A stretch of DNA of 64,000 bases from an uncultured Verrucomicrobiales bacterium (GTDB lineage Bacteria; Verrucomicrobiota; Verrucomicrobiia; Verrucomicrobiales; Akkermansiaceae). The stretch lies in NCBI GenBank assembly GCA_964561965.1, contig CAZLQY010000002.1, positions 50,421-114,420 on the forward strand, given 5' to 3'. Shown piece after piece: positions 18,876 to 29,240 of this stretch (positions within the stretch are counted from its first letter, which is position 1; each line of letters opens with the position of its first letter). The position numbers were made by a program, and so were the translations under genes. Under the pieces are notes generated by a model. The model searched no databases, was not told where the DNA came from, and worked only from the letters and a program-made list of their open reading frames with translations.

Positions 18876-20006
18876 CTACTCTTTCGTAGGTAACTTTGGA
18901 GGGTTCTTCTCTATAAATGCCACGACTTCTTCAACACTATCAGTACAACTCATAGACTCGGAAAACTCACGACCTTCTGCCAGTTGTTGTAAACAAGGGA
19001 AAATCATCGTTTCTGAAGTATAGCGCTCTTTGCCAAGGAATACCATTGGAGAAATGTAATCAAATGTTACATAATGGTTCTGAGTCGCATCCATAAATAC
19101 CTCTTGAGTCGTCCCCGCACTACCAGGAGCAAAAACAACTCCATGAGAAGCGATCGCTAACAGACCATCTTCTCGCAAACTATTCGAAAAATATTTTGCG
19201 ATTCTTACTGAAAATAAATTAGTCGGCTCATGCCCATAAAACCATGTCGGCACAGCTAAACTAGAGTGCCCGTTTGGGTGCAGATTTAAGACCTTCTGAG
19301 CCACCTCCATATAACCAGAATCTTTATAGGTAGGAGCTTGGGACAATAGAGTAAACACAGCATCAAGCTCCTCATCTGATCCGTCTGCCAGCCAAGCACC
19401 CATATTGGCAGCTTCCATGATTCCTGGGCCACCACCAGAAGCAATATAAAAACCTTTCCTAGTAAGATCACGTGCTAGACGGACTACCTTTTTAAAATAA
19501 GGATCCGTCCGTGATGTACCGTGCCCTCCCATAATACCAACTACGCGCTTCCTCCCATCATTTTCCACCCTACCTTCTAATAAGTCCTGCAAAGCATCAT
19601 CAATAGCGTGATCATGTAAACGCTGCCCTAATGCCTCAAGAACATCTGGTTTATTTCTACCTGAATCGACAAAATGATCATAAATCATCTTATCGACACT
19701 TTGATCGTCCCCAGGGCTCCAGCCCTCCATTAATTCCGCACGTGAATACAGCCTAGATCGATAAGGGTTATAAGGTAATCCCTGAATACGAGGCATAACC
19801 AGCGCACCCTTATTCATTAAAAAATCGATACCAACACTATCTGGGAAATGGCAGCCAAGAAATGCGGCTCCTTCACAATTCATAGAATTCCAGTCGATTT
19901 CAAAATTACGAAAATCCACCCCCTGTACAACAGCATGATTAAGATGAGATCCTTGACGCATCAGCGCCGGAATCGAATCAATTTCTCGAGTAACAGACTT
20001 TTTCAT
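18876..20006 (-). CDS. LOG/TIGR00730-family (PpnN-like) nucleotide 5'-monophosphate nucleosidase with an extra N-terminal domain
   Basis: GIMGGHG, ASGGGPGIMEAANMGA and APGSAGTTQEVF (PGGxGTxxE-type) motifs in the C-terminal two thirds. The N-terminal ~150 aa include a pentapeptide-repeat-like stretch, AVVQGVDFRNFEIDWNSMNCEGAAFLGCHF. Confidence 0.75.
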   Translation of the reverse strand: MKKSVTREIDSIPALMRQGSHLNHAVVQGVDFRNFEIDWNSMNCEGAAFLGCHFPDSVGIDFLMNKGALVMPRIQGLPYNPYRSRLYSRAELMEGWSPGDDQSVDKMIYDHFVDSGRNKPDVLEALGQRLHDHAIDDALQDLLEGRVENDGRKRVVGIMGGHGTSRTDPYFKKVVRLARDLTRKGFYIASGGGPGIMEAANMGAWLADGSDEELDAVFTLLSQAPTYKDSGYMEVAQKVLNLHPNGHSSLAVPTWFYGHEPTNLFSVRIAKYFSNSLREDGLLAIASHGVVFAPGSAGTTQEVFMDATQNHYVTFDYISPMVFLGKERYTSETMIFPCLQQLAEGREFSESMSCTDSVEEVVAFIEKNPPKLPTKE

Positions 20007-20464
20007 AATAATAATTCTCTACAACCTTATAAAAAAAGCAAGACACTTGATGCATCTATTGTGAACTCTACTAATAGAGTATTGCCCTTGTTACAGAACC
20101 GTTAAGAAACACAGGTATTCCTGTCACAACAAAAAACACGCCTCGGGTCTATTGAATACTTATTCAACTCGTTAAACATTAAACAACGCCCAAAATAAAC
20201 GAAATCAACCCACTCCAACAATATCACGTGACTGACTTTGAGCTCATTAGAGCAATTCCATGTACCTACGCATAAACGAATACATGAATTAAGAAAGTAA
20301 GCGTGAAGGCTTAAACAATGAAAACCAATAAACTATATGAAACAAATAGCCTCATGAAATAACACAAAAAGAGCCTCGAGACAGTACTTACGATAGGTAC
20401 TGACACAAAGCTCTCCATAGTGCTCAAATAAGTCACACCATCATAGAAATGATGGTAAACCGTT

Positions 20465-21271
20465 TTAAATATGGCGCCCTCTACGTCTATGTAAAAGAGG
20501 AATAAATCCAAATAAGCCAAGTAGAACTGAACTAGCCTCAGGTACGGCAATTAATGCAAATCCAGATAATGTCGGTTCCCCTAATGCAGCAGATGCACTC
20601 AAGGTGATCGCATTCGCAGCATCAGCAGTAAGTCCAGTAAAGACAGTAAAGTTTTGACCTAATACATAGGAATCAATCGGAGTTGGAGTCGTTGCCGTCG
20701 CACCAGAGAAAGCCACTGTATTCGTAACACCACCAACGGTATAACTCACATTAGAGCTAGCATTATCCCCAAATTGTATTCCACCATAAACATATAAATC
20801 ATAAGTTAATGTTGCATCCAAATTTGTAATATTTAAATCCCAAACCCGTAATGATTGGTCCCCATTATTTTGAAACGCAAAGTCATACAGCAAATTTGTG
20901 ATTCCACCTGTTCCACCGGGAACTGTGGCGGGCGTTGCTTGATTTTGCCGGCGAAAAGCACCAAGCCCACCATTTGGAGATGTGATTGTATAGCTAACGG
21001 TTGTCGCTGTACCGTCAGATTGTGTCAAATTCGTACCTGTCAGCCCTGAATTATTCCAAATAGCAGTAGCTCCTGCAGGATCAGCATGGGCAGCACTCTC
21101 CCCAGTTGCAGAATCCCTAGGTCCTCCATTTAGCTGTATATCGACATTAATTACACTTGCGCTTATAGAACCCACTGTTAGTGTATAAAAGAGGGACATT
21201 GATAGTTTTTTTATACGTTGCATGCATATAGAAATAACATTTACAGCATTAGATACAATATTTTTTTTCAA
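20465..21271 (-). CDS. PEP-CTERM-anchored secreted protein
   Basis: The C-terminus VPEASSVLLGLFGFIPLLHRRRGR has a PEP-like motif, a TM helix and an Arg cluster. The body is Thr/Gly/Asn-rich. The true start may be an internal Met (MQRIKK or MSLFYTL). Confidence 0.75.
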   Translation of the reverse strand: MKKNIVSNAVNVISICMQRIKKLSMSLFYTLTVGSISASVINVDIQLNGGPRDSATGESAAHADPAGATAIWNNSGLTGTNLTQSDGTATTVSYTITSPNGGLGAFRRQNQATPATVPGGTGGITNLLYDFAFQNNGDQSLRVWDLNITNLDATLTYDLYVYGGIQFGDNASSNVSYTVGGVTNTVAFSGATATTPTPIDSYVLGQNFTVFTGLTADAANAITLSASAALGEPTLSGFALIAVPEASSVLLGLFGFIPLLHRRRGRHI

Positions 21272-21664
21272 TGAAAATTTGTCTTAAATCGTCAAATACT
21301 ATTCCAATTCTCAACCATTATTCATCATAGTCTACCCTCCTGACAAAATCGACTTGCATAGCTGAACCCTATCTATCTCTAGTATTAACCGCCACAACAC
21401 CTTCAATAACCCCATCACAATTAGCCGCATTATCACTAAATAAGACAGCCCTTACTGTTTGTTCCTCCGCCGCTACTTGGAGAACACTCCATACTTACAG
21501 CTTAGGTTAATACATATCTCATCGAACTCTGAAAAGTCCTAAACTGCTTAGAGGGGCTAGATACAATGAGTCTGATATCATCATCGTTATTCTCGTTTAT
21601 TTTCTTAAACAAGAAAGCTGAAGTATCAAAACTCGCTAAACGACTAAAGCACATTTACAAATAC

Positions 21665-21695
21665 AAAAAAACCTCTACCCACAATGAGTAGAGGT
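21665..21695 (-). terminator. Intrinsic terminator downstream of tkt
   Basis: Minus strand: ACCTCTAC-(9 nt loop)-GTAGAGGT followed by TTTTTTT. About 30 nt after the tkt stop. Confidence 0.7.
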
Positions 21696-21723
21696 GAACA
21701 ACAGAGTTTGTTTATGAACCCTT

Positions 21724-23709
21724 TTAGCCAAGGAGTTCTTTCGCTGCGAGGACGACATCATCAGCAGTCATTCCCAGCTCTTTCATCACAACTCCACCAG
21801 GAGCAGAAATACCAAAGCGGTCAATCCCTAAGACTTTACCTTCGAGACCTGTGTATTTATGCCAGAGAGCTGATACACCTGCTTCGATAGCAATACGCTT
21901 TGTGCAGCATGATGGTAATACAGATTTTTTATATTCGCAGCTTTGGCGAGCAAAACGCTCCATACATGGCATGGAGACAACGCGGACGCCTTCGCCAAGT
22001 GCGGCAGCAGCATCATAGGCATGGCCTACTTCTGAACCAGTTGCCATAATAATCAGCTTAAGGTCTCCTGTCTCTTGCTTTAAAACATATCCTCCCTTGT
22101 ATGCACCTTCACGGCGAACAGAAGCTTCAACGTCTGAGAAGTTCGCTACTTTTTGACGAGAGAAGATCATCGCAGTAGGGCCGTCTGTACGGTGTAGGGC
22201 CGCTGCGTATGAACCTGCTACTTCTTCCGGATCTCCCGGGCGAGCTACATCAAGACCAGGGATGACGCGAAGACCACTAACCGTCTCAACAGGCTGGTGA
22301 GTAGGGCCATCTTCACCCACACCTACAGAATCATGCGTGAAAATGTAGGTAACTGGAAGTTTAGCAAGGGCAGCTAGGCGAATAGATGGACGAAGGTAAT
22401 CAGCAAAGACGAGGAATGTCGCTCCACTTGGGCGGAAAAGGCCATCATAGGCAATACCATTACAGATTGCACCCATCGCATGCTCACGAATACCGAACCA
22501 AAGATTACGGCCTGCAGGATCTTGCGCTGAATAATCTCCGCCATCCTTAATATAGTTCTTGGTGGAACCATAAAGATCAGCAGAACCTGTGATCAGTTGT
22601 GGCACGGCCTTGGCGATGGAGTTAATGACGGAACCGCCAGTACCACGAGTCGCATCAGCATAATCAGCCCCAAATTCTGGAATTTGCTCAAGAAGGTCAG
22701 ATGGAACGGCTTTTGCTACGCCATTTGAAAGTTCTTCTGCAAGTTCTGGATTAGCAGTACTCCAGGCCGCATACGTTTCTTCCCATGCTGTAAATTCAAC
22801 TGTATTCGCCGCTGCCACTTCTGCAAAAAAGGCGCGCACTTCATCAGAAACATAAAACGTTTCTTCAGGAAGGCCCATGTTAGCCCGTGCTGACTCTGCG
22901 AAGTTAGCACCGCCCTCGCCGTGCCCTTTCTGAGTTCCAGCCACTTCTGGGATACCACGTGCGATCTCTGTCTTGGCAATAATCACCTTCGGCTTGCCAT
23001 TGTTATTTGCCTTAGCGGTATCTAAAGCTTCTTTCACTGCGGAGAGATCATGGCCATCAATGGTCACGGCATCCCAACCTTGTGAAAGGAAGTAGTCTTG
23101 TGCACCTGTGCCCTGTGTGACATCAGCCATCGCATCCAGTGTGACATCGTTACTATCATAGATAAGAACGAGGTTATCGAGCTTATTATGTCCTGCAAAC
23201 TCGATAGCTTCACGTGCGACACCCTCTTGAATACATCCATCACCAGCAAGAGCAAAGACGTGCTGATCAAAAATTGTGTGCTCTGCTGTGTTATAGCGGG
23301 CTGCTGAGCGCTTCGCACTCACAGCATAACCCACTGCGTTACCGATTCCCTGACCAAGAGGCCCTGTAGTCGCCTCTACACCTGGGGTTTCATCAAATTC
23401 TGGATGACCGGGAGTCACACTGTGAAGCTTACGGAAGCTCTTCACAGCATCCAATGGAACATCGTAGCCACTCAAATGGAGCCAGCTGTAGATAAACATG
23501 GATCCATGACCACCAGAAAGAATGAAGCGATCGCGATTTAACCACTTAGGCGCGGCTGGATTATAACGGAGAGTGTCTCCAAAAAGAACAGCACCGATTT
23601 CGGCACAGCCTAAGGGAAGACCTAAATGACCTGAAGAACATGCGTGAACGGCATCAATTGCCAATCCGCGAGCTTGTGTAGCTGCTTGTGTTAGGATGTC
23701 TTGATTCAT
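21724..23709 (-). CDS. tkt: Transketolase
   Basis: [13 protein letters not shown] and [16 protein letters not shown] motifs. The tracked ORF extends to 23781, but [12 protein letters not shown] at 23709 is the conserved-type start. Confidence 0.95.
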   Translation of the reverse strand: MNQDILTQAATQARGLAIDAVHACSSGHLGLPLGCAEIGAVLFGDTLRYNPAAPKWLNRDRFILSGGHGSMFIYSWLHLSGYDVPLDAVKSFRKLHSVTPGHPEFDETPGVEATTGPLGQGIGNAVGYAVSAKRSAARYNTAEHTIFDQHVFALAGDGCIQEGVAREAIEFAGHNKLDNLVLIYDSNDVTLDAMADVTQGTGAQDYFLSQGWDAVTIDGHDLSAVKEALDTAKANNNGKPKVIIAKTEIARGIPEVAGTQKGHGEGGANFAESARANMGLPEETFYVSDEVRAFFAEVAAANTVEFTAWEETYAAWSTANPELAEELSNGVAKAVPSDLLEQIPEFGADYADATRGTGGSVINSIAKAVPQLITGSADLYGSTKNYIKDGGDYSAQDPAGRNLWFGIREHAMGAICNGIAYDGLFRPSGATFLVFADYLRPSIRLAALAKLPVTYIFTHDSVGVGEDGPTHQPVETVSGLRVIPGLDVARPGDPEEVAGSYAAALHRTDGPTAMIFSRQKVANFSDVEASVRREGAYKGGYVLKQETGDLKLIIMATGSEVGHAYDAAAALGEGVRVVSMPCMERFARQSCEYKKSVLPSCCTKRIAIEAGVSALWHKYTGLEGKVLGIDRFGISAPGGVVMKELGMTADDVVLAAKELLG

Positions 23710-23833
23710 ACTTGCCGGGGAGTGTCTATAAAGGTTCTCAAATTCGCAAGAGGTAATTCTGCCATTCTTTCTGAAATTCAATTTATTCCAGTAGATTCAT
23801 AGTGAAAGCACTCGAATTCATACAATTTCCAAC

Positions 23834-23871
23834 AAAAAAAAGCACCTACTCCTTCAACGAAGAGTAGATGC
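23834..23871 (-). terminator. Intrinsic terminator downstream of skp
   Basis: Minus strand: GCATCTACTCTTC-GTT-GAAGGAGTAGGTGC (one mismatch, one bulge) followed by TTTTTTTT. Confidence 0.75.
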
Positions 23872-23902
23872 TTCATATTAAATAATCAATGACTAGCTCA
23901 GT

Positions 23903-24505
23903 TTACTCCTCTGTGGCTTTCTCACTACCCTCTTCATTGAGCTTTTTGAGTACTTCTAGCGTCTCTCCTGTAATGTCATATTTATCCTTAGCATGTAGAA
24001 TAAGCGGTACTTGAGATTGGCTACGGCCTGAACTATCAAAGACAAAATCAATGTCTTTCGCTGCTGCCACTTCTGAGACCACATCTTGAATTTCCTGGAG
24101 AATCGTACGCATACGGGCAACCATTTGCTCATTCAATGCTGAATTTTTACGCTTGAGAAACTCACGACGCTCACGGTCTAGAGCATTCCCGTCACTAATG
24201 CGGCGACGAGCATCATTTTCAATATCAAGACGCTTTTTATCACTGAGAGAAGGATCTTCGATCATCTTACGGAATTTTTGAATTTCCGCTTCGATCTCCT
24301 TAATTTCGGTCAGACGCTCGTTGTTTTTCTTCTGAATCGCAGCCTGCTCAACCTGTAGGGATTCTTGAGCTTCTTTGGTTTTATGATAGTCATTAAAGAG
24401 CTTCTGCATGTCTACTGAGGCGATCTTTAACTCTGCGGTTGCAGTACCGATCATAGCAATAGCCAAAGCTGAAAGAAGGGTGATTGATTTACAAATAGAT
24501 TTCAT
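23903..24505 (-). CDS. skp: OmpH/Skp-family periplasmic chaperone
   Basis: Signal peptide, then KIASVDMQKLFNDYHKTKEAQ and a long K/E-rich coiled region. 200 aa. Confidence 0.8.
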   Translation of the reverse strand: MKSICKSITLLSALAIAMIGTATAELKIASVDMQKLFNDYHKTKEAQESLQVEQAAIQKKNNERLTEIKEIEAEIQKFRKMIEDPSLSDKKRLDIENDARRRISDGNALDRERREFLKRKNSALNEQMVARMRTILQEIQDVVSEVAAAKDIDFVFDSSGRSQSQVPLILHAKDKYDITGETLEVLKKLNEEGSEKATEE

Positions 24506-24639
24506 GATTCGTTTTTTTTACACTTCAAAGAGTTGTATGAAGGTGAAGTTGCACAGAAATAGGAGCGGAGTCAACGACATGGATTGTCTTTTTGCTGGTT
24601 TTAGGGCATTAAGACTTACAATCTACCAAAAATCACATC

Positions 24640-25485
24640 ATGGAGATCATTCAATCCGTCTCAGACTTACATCGATTCAGACGTAAACATCCCTGCCCAA
24701 TCGCCCTCGTCCCTACAATGGGAGCGCTGCATGATGGCCATTGTGAACTCATTCGCCAAGCACGCATCTTAGTTGGAGCAACAGGTAAGGTCATTGTCTC
24801 TATCTTTGTAAACCCTATTCAATTTGACCGAGCGGAAGACCTCAATTCCTACCCGGTGACACGAGATGAAGATTATGCAATCTGTAAACAGCTAGAAACC
24901 AATGCTATATTTTCTCCTTTAAGCTTCTACCACTCAGACAGATCCATTACAGTCACCGAAAATAATCTATCGAACCGCCTTTGTGGTGCGACTCGCCCAG
25001 GGCACTTTGACGGTGTCTGCACCGTAGTCACTAAGCTGTTTCATGCTTCTCAAGCCGACTACGCTGTATTTGGTAAAAAAGACTATCAACAGCTCGCTAT
25101 TATTCAACGTATGGTTCGCGACCTCAACCTACCTATAAAAATCCACGGAGTAGAAACTGTGCGCGAGCCCAGTGGCCTAGCCCTATCGTCCCGAAATCTT
25201 CGACTCTCTGAAGAAACCCGCTATTCTGCGCCCATTCTTAGAGAAGCTCTACTACAAGCCAAAGAGGACGCCCTCACATCCTCCCCCTCTACTGTTCTAT
25301 CAAAAGCGACCGAAAAGATCACAAGCGCTCCCTCAAGACCTCGTATTGATTACCTCGAACTTGTCGATGCAGAAACGTTACAAGCTGTTCAAGATTTCTC
25401 CAATCCTTCTGTCTTGGCAACCGCAGTCTTCTTTGGCGATGTTAGACTCATTGACAATATCGAAATACCACCTCAATCTTCTTAA
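24640..25485 (+). CDS. panC: Pantoate--beta-alanine ligase
   Basis: VPTMGALHDGH motif, FGKKDYQQ, 281 aa. Confidence 0.9.
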   Translation: MEIIQSVSDLHRFRRKHPCPIALVPTMGALHDGHCELIRQARILVGATGKVIVSIFVNPIQFDRAEDLNSYPVTRDEDYAICKQLETNAIFSPLSFYHSDRSITVTENNLSNRLCGATRPGHFDGVCTVVTKLFHASQADYAVFGKKDYQQLAIIQRMVRDLNLPIKIHGVETVREPSGLALSSRNLRLSEETRYSAPILREALLQAKEDALTSSPSTVLSKATEKITSAPSRPRIDYLELVDAETLQAVQDFSNPSVLATAVFFGDVRLIDNIEIPPQSS

Positions 25486-25488
25486 CTT

Positions 25489-27108
25489 ATGACAAAAATC
25501 TCAGACTTCCTCGTCATCGGCACCGGTATAGCTGGCCTATCCTTTGCTCTCCGCGCTGCTGAGCACGGAAGTGTCACTGTCATCACAAAAGGCCAACCCA
25601 TAGAATCCAATACAGCATGGGCTCAGGGCGGCATCTCAGCAGTATTACCTGATGAACTTCGAGAAGATGGGGACAATTATGAGAAACATGTAGCCGACAC
25701 CATTGATGCTGGAGCAGGGCTCTGTATCCACAGTGTCGTCAAAAATATTATCGAAGGTGGTGCGGAAACGATTGATGAACTTATTCAATACGGCGTAGAA
25801 TTTGATAAAGACAAAAAGAAGTTCTCTCTAGGGAAAGAAGGAGGTCACACCCAACGCCGTATTCTTCATTGCAAAGACACTACTGGCTTATCCATCGCCC
25901 AGGCCCTCATCTCCGCAGCGCAGGCACACCCGAACATCACTATTCTCGATGAACATTTTGCCATCGACCTTATCACCACAGGTCGCCTAGGAGTCGTCAC
26001 AGACAACCGAGTCATCGGAGCTTATGTCCTAGATGAAACAACGCATAAAGTCATCACCTTCCAGTCCGATAGAGTCGTCTTAGCTACTGGAGGGTGTGGA
26101 AAAGTTTATCTCTACACGACGAACCCGGATAGCTCTACCGGAGACGGCGTTGCCATGGCGTGGCGTGCTGGCGCAAGTATTACAAATATGGAATTTGTAC
26201 AATTCCATCCCACTTGTTTCTACAACCCTGCCGCGACAGGGGCAGAAGCAAGGTCTTTCCTAGTCTCTGAAGCTGTGCGTGGGGAAGGAGGCATTCTCAT
26301 CAATAGTAAAGGAGAAGAGTTTACCAAAGAACACGATTCCAGAGGCTCTCTCGCTCCTCGTGACATCGTTGCTCGTGCCATCGATCACGAAATCAAGAAA
26401 ACAGGAGCCCCTTGTGTTTATCTCGATGTCACTCACAAACCAAAGGGCTTCATGAAAGAGCGGTTCCCTCATATCTACAATACCCTCCTAAGCTTTGGTT
26501 TAGATTGTGAGACGCAACCGATCCCAGTCGTTCCCGCCGCTCATTACCAGTGCGGCGGAGTACTCACAGATGTGAACGGGAAAAGCTCTATCCGTGGCCT
26601 CTTTGCCGTGGGCGAAGTAGCCTGTACAGGCCTTCACGGAGCAAATCGATTAGCCTCAAACTCCCTTCTGGAAGGAAGTGTCGTAGCACGAAACGCTCTT
26701 GCTGAAATGATGCGTATTTACCCCCCTAATAAACCCACCCCAGAGGCCCCTCCTATACCAGACTGGGAATACGGAGATACCAACAACCCCGATGAACTTG
26801 TCATCATCTATCACAACTGGGATGAACTCCGGCGTCTCATGTGGGACTACGTCTCCATCATCCGCACAGACAAGCGCCTTCAGCGAGCCGCCTTCCGAGT
26901 CGCCAATCTACGCCAAGAAGTCCGAGAGTTCTACTGGGGGCACAGAGTCACGCCGGATATCTTAGAACTTCGGAACTTAGTCGCTGTTTCCGCCTTGATT
27001 ATTGACTGCGCCGTGCGACGTAAAGAATCCCGTGGAATCCACTACACTCTAGACTATCCAAAGAAGGATGATCGCTATTTAGCTCCTATGGAAATCCGTA
27101 GATTCTAA
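25489..27108 (+). CDS. nadB: L-aspartate oxidase
   Basis: FAD-binding DFLVIGTGIAGLS, HGANRLASNSLLEG, 539 aa. Starts 3 nt after panC. Confidence 0.95.
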   Translation: MTKISDFLVIGTGIAGLSFALRAAEHGSVTVITKGQPIESNTAWAQGGISAVLPDELREDGDNYEKHVADTIDAGAGLCIHSVVKNIIEGGAETIDELIQYGVEFDKDKKKFSLGKEGGHTQRRILHCKDTTGLSIAQALISAAQAHPNITILDEHFAIDLITTGRLGVVTDNRVIGAYVLDETTHKVITFQSDRVVLATGGCGKVYLYTTNPDSSTGDGVAMAWRAGASITNMEFVQFHPTCFYNPAATGAEARSFLVSEAVRGEGGILINSKGEEFTKEHDSRGSLAPRDIVARAIDHEIKKTGAPCVYLDVTHKPKGFMKERFPHIYNTLLSFGLDCETQPIPVVPAAHYQCGGVLTDVNGKSSIRGLFAVGEVACTGLHGANRLASNSLLEGSVVARNALAEMMRIYPPNKPTPEAPPIPDWEYGDTNNPDELVIIYHNWDELRRLMWDYVSIIRTDKRLQRAAFRVANLRQEVREFYWGHRVTPDILELRNLVAVSALIIDCAVRRKESRGIHYTLDYPKKDDRYLAPMEIRRF

Positions 27109-27126
27109 ACCTCACTCTTAAACACC

Positions 27127-28515
27127 ATGCCACTACGTATCTTACCATCAGTAGAAGCTCTCACCAATCGATTAGCAAAAGCTTCCACCCTCCCTAGAAC
27201 TCTCATCATTGGCTTTGTTCGGAATGAAATTGATAATTGGAGAAAAAAACTACTCTCTGGAGAAGAATCTACTCGTGAAGCTATTGAGCAAGACATCACG
27301 AACAAGTTACGAGCCTTTTCTGCTTCCCGACTACAGCAGGTCATCAACGCTACAGGAGTGATTATCCACACCAATCTCGGGCGCTCCCCACTTGGCGATC
27401 GCGTCTTTGACTCCCTCCGCTCCGTAGCCACTGGTTATTCCAATCTAGAATTTAATTTACCAGGTGGCGACAGAGGAAAACGCGCAGCCTACTTAGAAAC
27501 AGCACTGGCATGCCTCCTAGAAGCCCCTGCGGCAACGGCAGTGAACAACTGCGCAGCCGCCCTCGTTCTCATTCTCCGCACCTTAACAGCACAAGGGAAA
27601 AATGAAGTCATCGTCTCTCGCAGCGAACTAGTTGAAATCGGAGGAGGATTCCGAGTTCCAGAAATTTTAGAAACCTCAGGTGCCAAATTAGTCGAAGTAG
27701 GAGCCACCAATAAAACACACCTACGAGACTATGCGAAAGCCATCACCCCACAGACAGCACTCATTCTCAAGGTACACCGCTCTAACTTCTATATTGAAGG
27801 TTTTACAGACGAACCAGAGATCAAAGACATCGCAGACTTAGCGAAAGAACACAATATTCCACTTGTCGAAGATATCGGCTCTGGCGCCATGATGAACACC
27901 GAAGATCTAGCTCCTCTCGACCATGAACCAACTCCCCAAGAGGCGCTGCAAAACGGTATAGACCTCGTCTGTTTCTCCGGGGACAAGCTCCTAGGAGGCC
28001 CACAGTCTGGCATCATCGCCGGGCGAAAAGATCTTATCGCCCTAGTCAAACAGGAACCCTTCTTCCGCGCTGTCCGCTGTGATAAACTCATCCTAACAGT
28101 GCTACAAGAATGCATCGAAGAATACCTACGAACACAGTCGAACCCCTCTCAAACAGACATACCCGCACTCCAATTTCTTCAAACAAGTACAGAAAGCCTC
28201 CAACAACGAGCTGACGCCATCATAGCCGCGCTACCGCAATCAATACAAAGCTCCGTACAAAGCGAAACATCCACAGCAAGAACAGGAGGAGGCACTATGC
28301 CAAAGTCAGCCATACCCTCCATCACTTTAGCAATTAGTTCAGCCGACCTCAAAGTAACCCGTTTAGCCAAGCTACTCCGTATGGGTACCCCTGCCATCGT
28401 CGGTTACACAGAAGAAAACATGCTAAAGCTCGACTTACGAACCGTCTTCCCCCAGCAAGACAAGCAATTAACTCAGCGAATCACTGAAGTCTTATCACCC
28501 TCCAGCAATGCCTAA
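27127..28515 (+). CDS. selA: L-seryl-tRNA(Sec) selenium transferase
   Basis: N-terminal LRILPSVEALTNRL and PLP-lysine region FSGDKLLGGPQSGIIAG. 462 aa. Confidence 0.9.
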   Translation: MPLRILPSVEALTNRLAKASTLPRTLIIGFVRNEIDNWRKKLLSGEESTREAIEQDITNKLRAFSASRLQQVINATGVIIHTNLGRSPLGDRVFDSLRSVATGYSNLEFNLPGGDRGKRAAYLETALACLLEAPAATAVNNCAAALVLILRTLTAQGKNEVIVSRSELVEIGGGFRVPEILETSGAKLVEVGATNKTHLRDYAKAITPQTALILKVHRSNFYIEGFTDEPEIKDIADLAKEHNIPLVEDIGSGAMMNTEDLAPLDHEPTPQEALQNGIDLVCFSGDKLLGGPQSGIIAGRKDLIALVKQEPFFRAVRCDKLILTVLQECIEEYLRTQSNPSQTDIPALQFLQTSTESLQQRADAIIAALPQSIQSSVQSETSTARTGGGTMPKSAIPSITLAISSADLKVTRLAKLLRMGTPAIVGYTEENMLKLDLRTVFPQQDKQLTQRITEVLSPSSNA

Positions 28516-29116
28516 CCTTCTCCGACATCAAAGGTTATCCACCTTACTGCTCTTACTCCCCTTGGTCTATCTAGCCTCTCTAACCTCTTGCCAACTGGGA
28601 ACGAAAGAAACAGCGCCAGAAAAGACCAAGAAACCACCCGTGCGCGACCACCTCGTCGGTATCGTCACCTCCGTGAACAACGACTACGTTCTCATTCAAA
28701 AATACGGAGCATGGAAAGTCCCAGAAGAAGACATCTTATTTTCCAAAGGCCCAGAAGGGCAAACCGCAAATCTAAAATTCTCAGGGGAACAACTCGGCCA
28801 ATTTATTGCGGCGGATATCCGTAGCGGTAACGTTAAGCTCAAAGACGGCGTCTATTGGCGCCAAATTCTCAGTACAAAAGGCACCACAGGTCTCACTAAA
28901 CCTGAAGAACCCAACAAACCAATCCACCCTATCCCAAGCTCAACCCCAATTGTTAAGACAACACTAAACAAGACACAAGGAACAGCTATTCCCCCCTACA
29001 CGCCACCCCCACTAGCCCCACCTCTCCCAAATACCGTAGAACCAAAATTACCTCCTCCATTTAAGGCACCCACAACAGGAAACACGCAGTGGAAGGAAAT
29101 TCCACCGCAGCAATAA
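28508..29116 (+). CDS. Proline-rich lipoprotein, function unknown
   Basis: Signal peptide with lipobox LTSC (LLLLPLVYLASLTSC). C-terminal half is Pro/Thr-rich. The start overlaps the selA stop by 8 nt (ATGCCTAA). Confidence 0.5.
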   Translation: MPNLLRHQRLSTLLLLLPLVYLASLTSCQLGTKETAPEKTKKPPVRDHLVGIVTSVNNDYVLIQKYGAWKVPEEDILFSKGPEGQTANLKFSGEQLGQFIAADIRSGNVKLKDGVYWRQILSTKGTTGLTKPEEPNKPIHPIPSSTPIVKTTLNKTQGTAIPPYTPPPLAPPLPNTVEPKLPPPFKAPTTGNTQWKEIPPQQ

Positions 29117-29240
29117 CAACATCCTACTTTCATACCCTAGATTTTGTTTTCAGGTTGCCTTCCTAATTTCTAAATGATAGTTCGTAAAGGATGCGAGGTT
29201 CTCTAGCCTCTTCTATAATCTATATTGAATCGCTTTTTTC

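Noticed and set aside
27362-27370. Perfect DnaA-box 9-mer TTATCCACA
   Set aside because: It is a single copy inside the selA coding sequence, with no clustered boxes, no adjacent AT-rich unwinding element and no dnaA/dnaN nearby. A chance occurrence.
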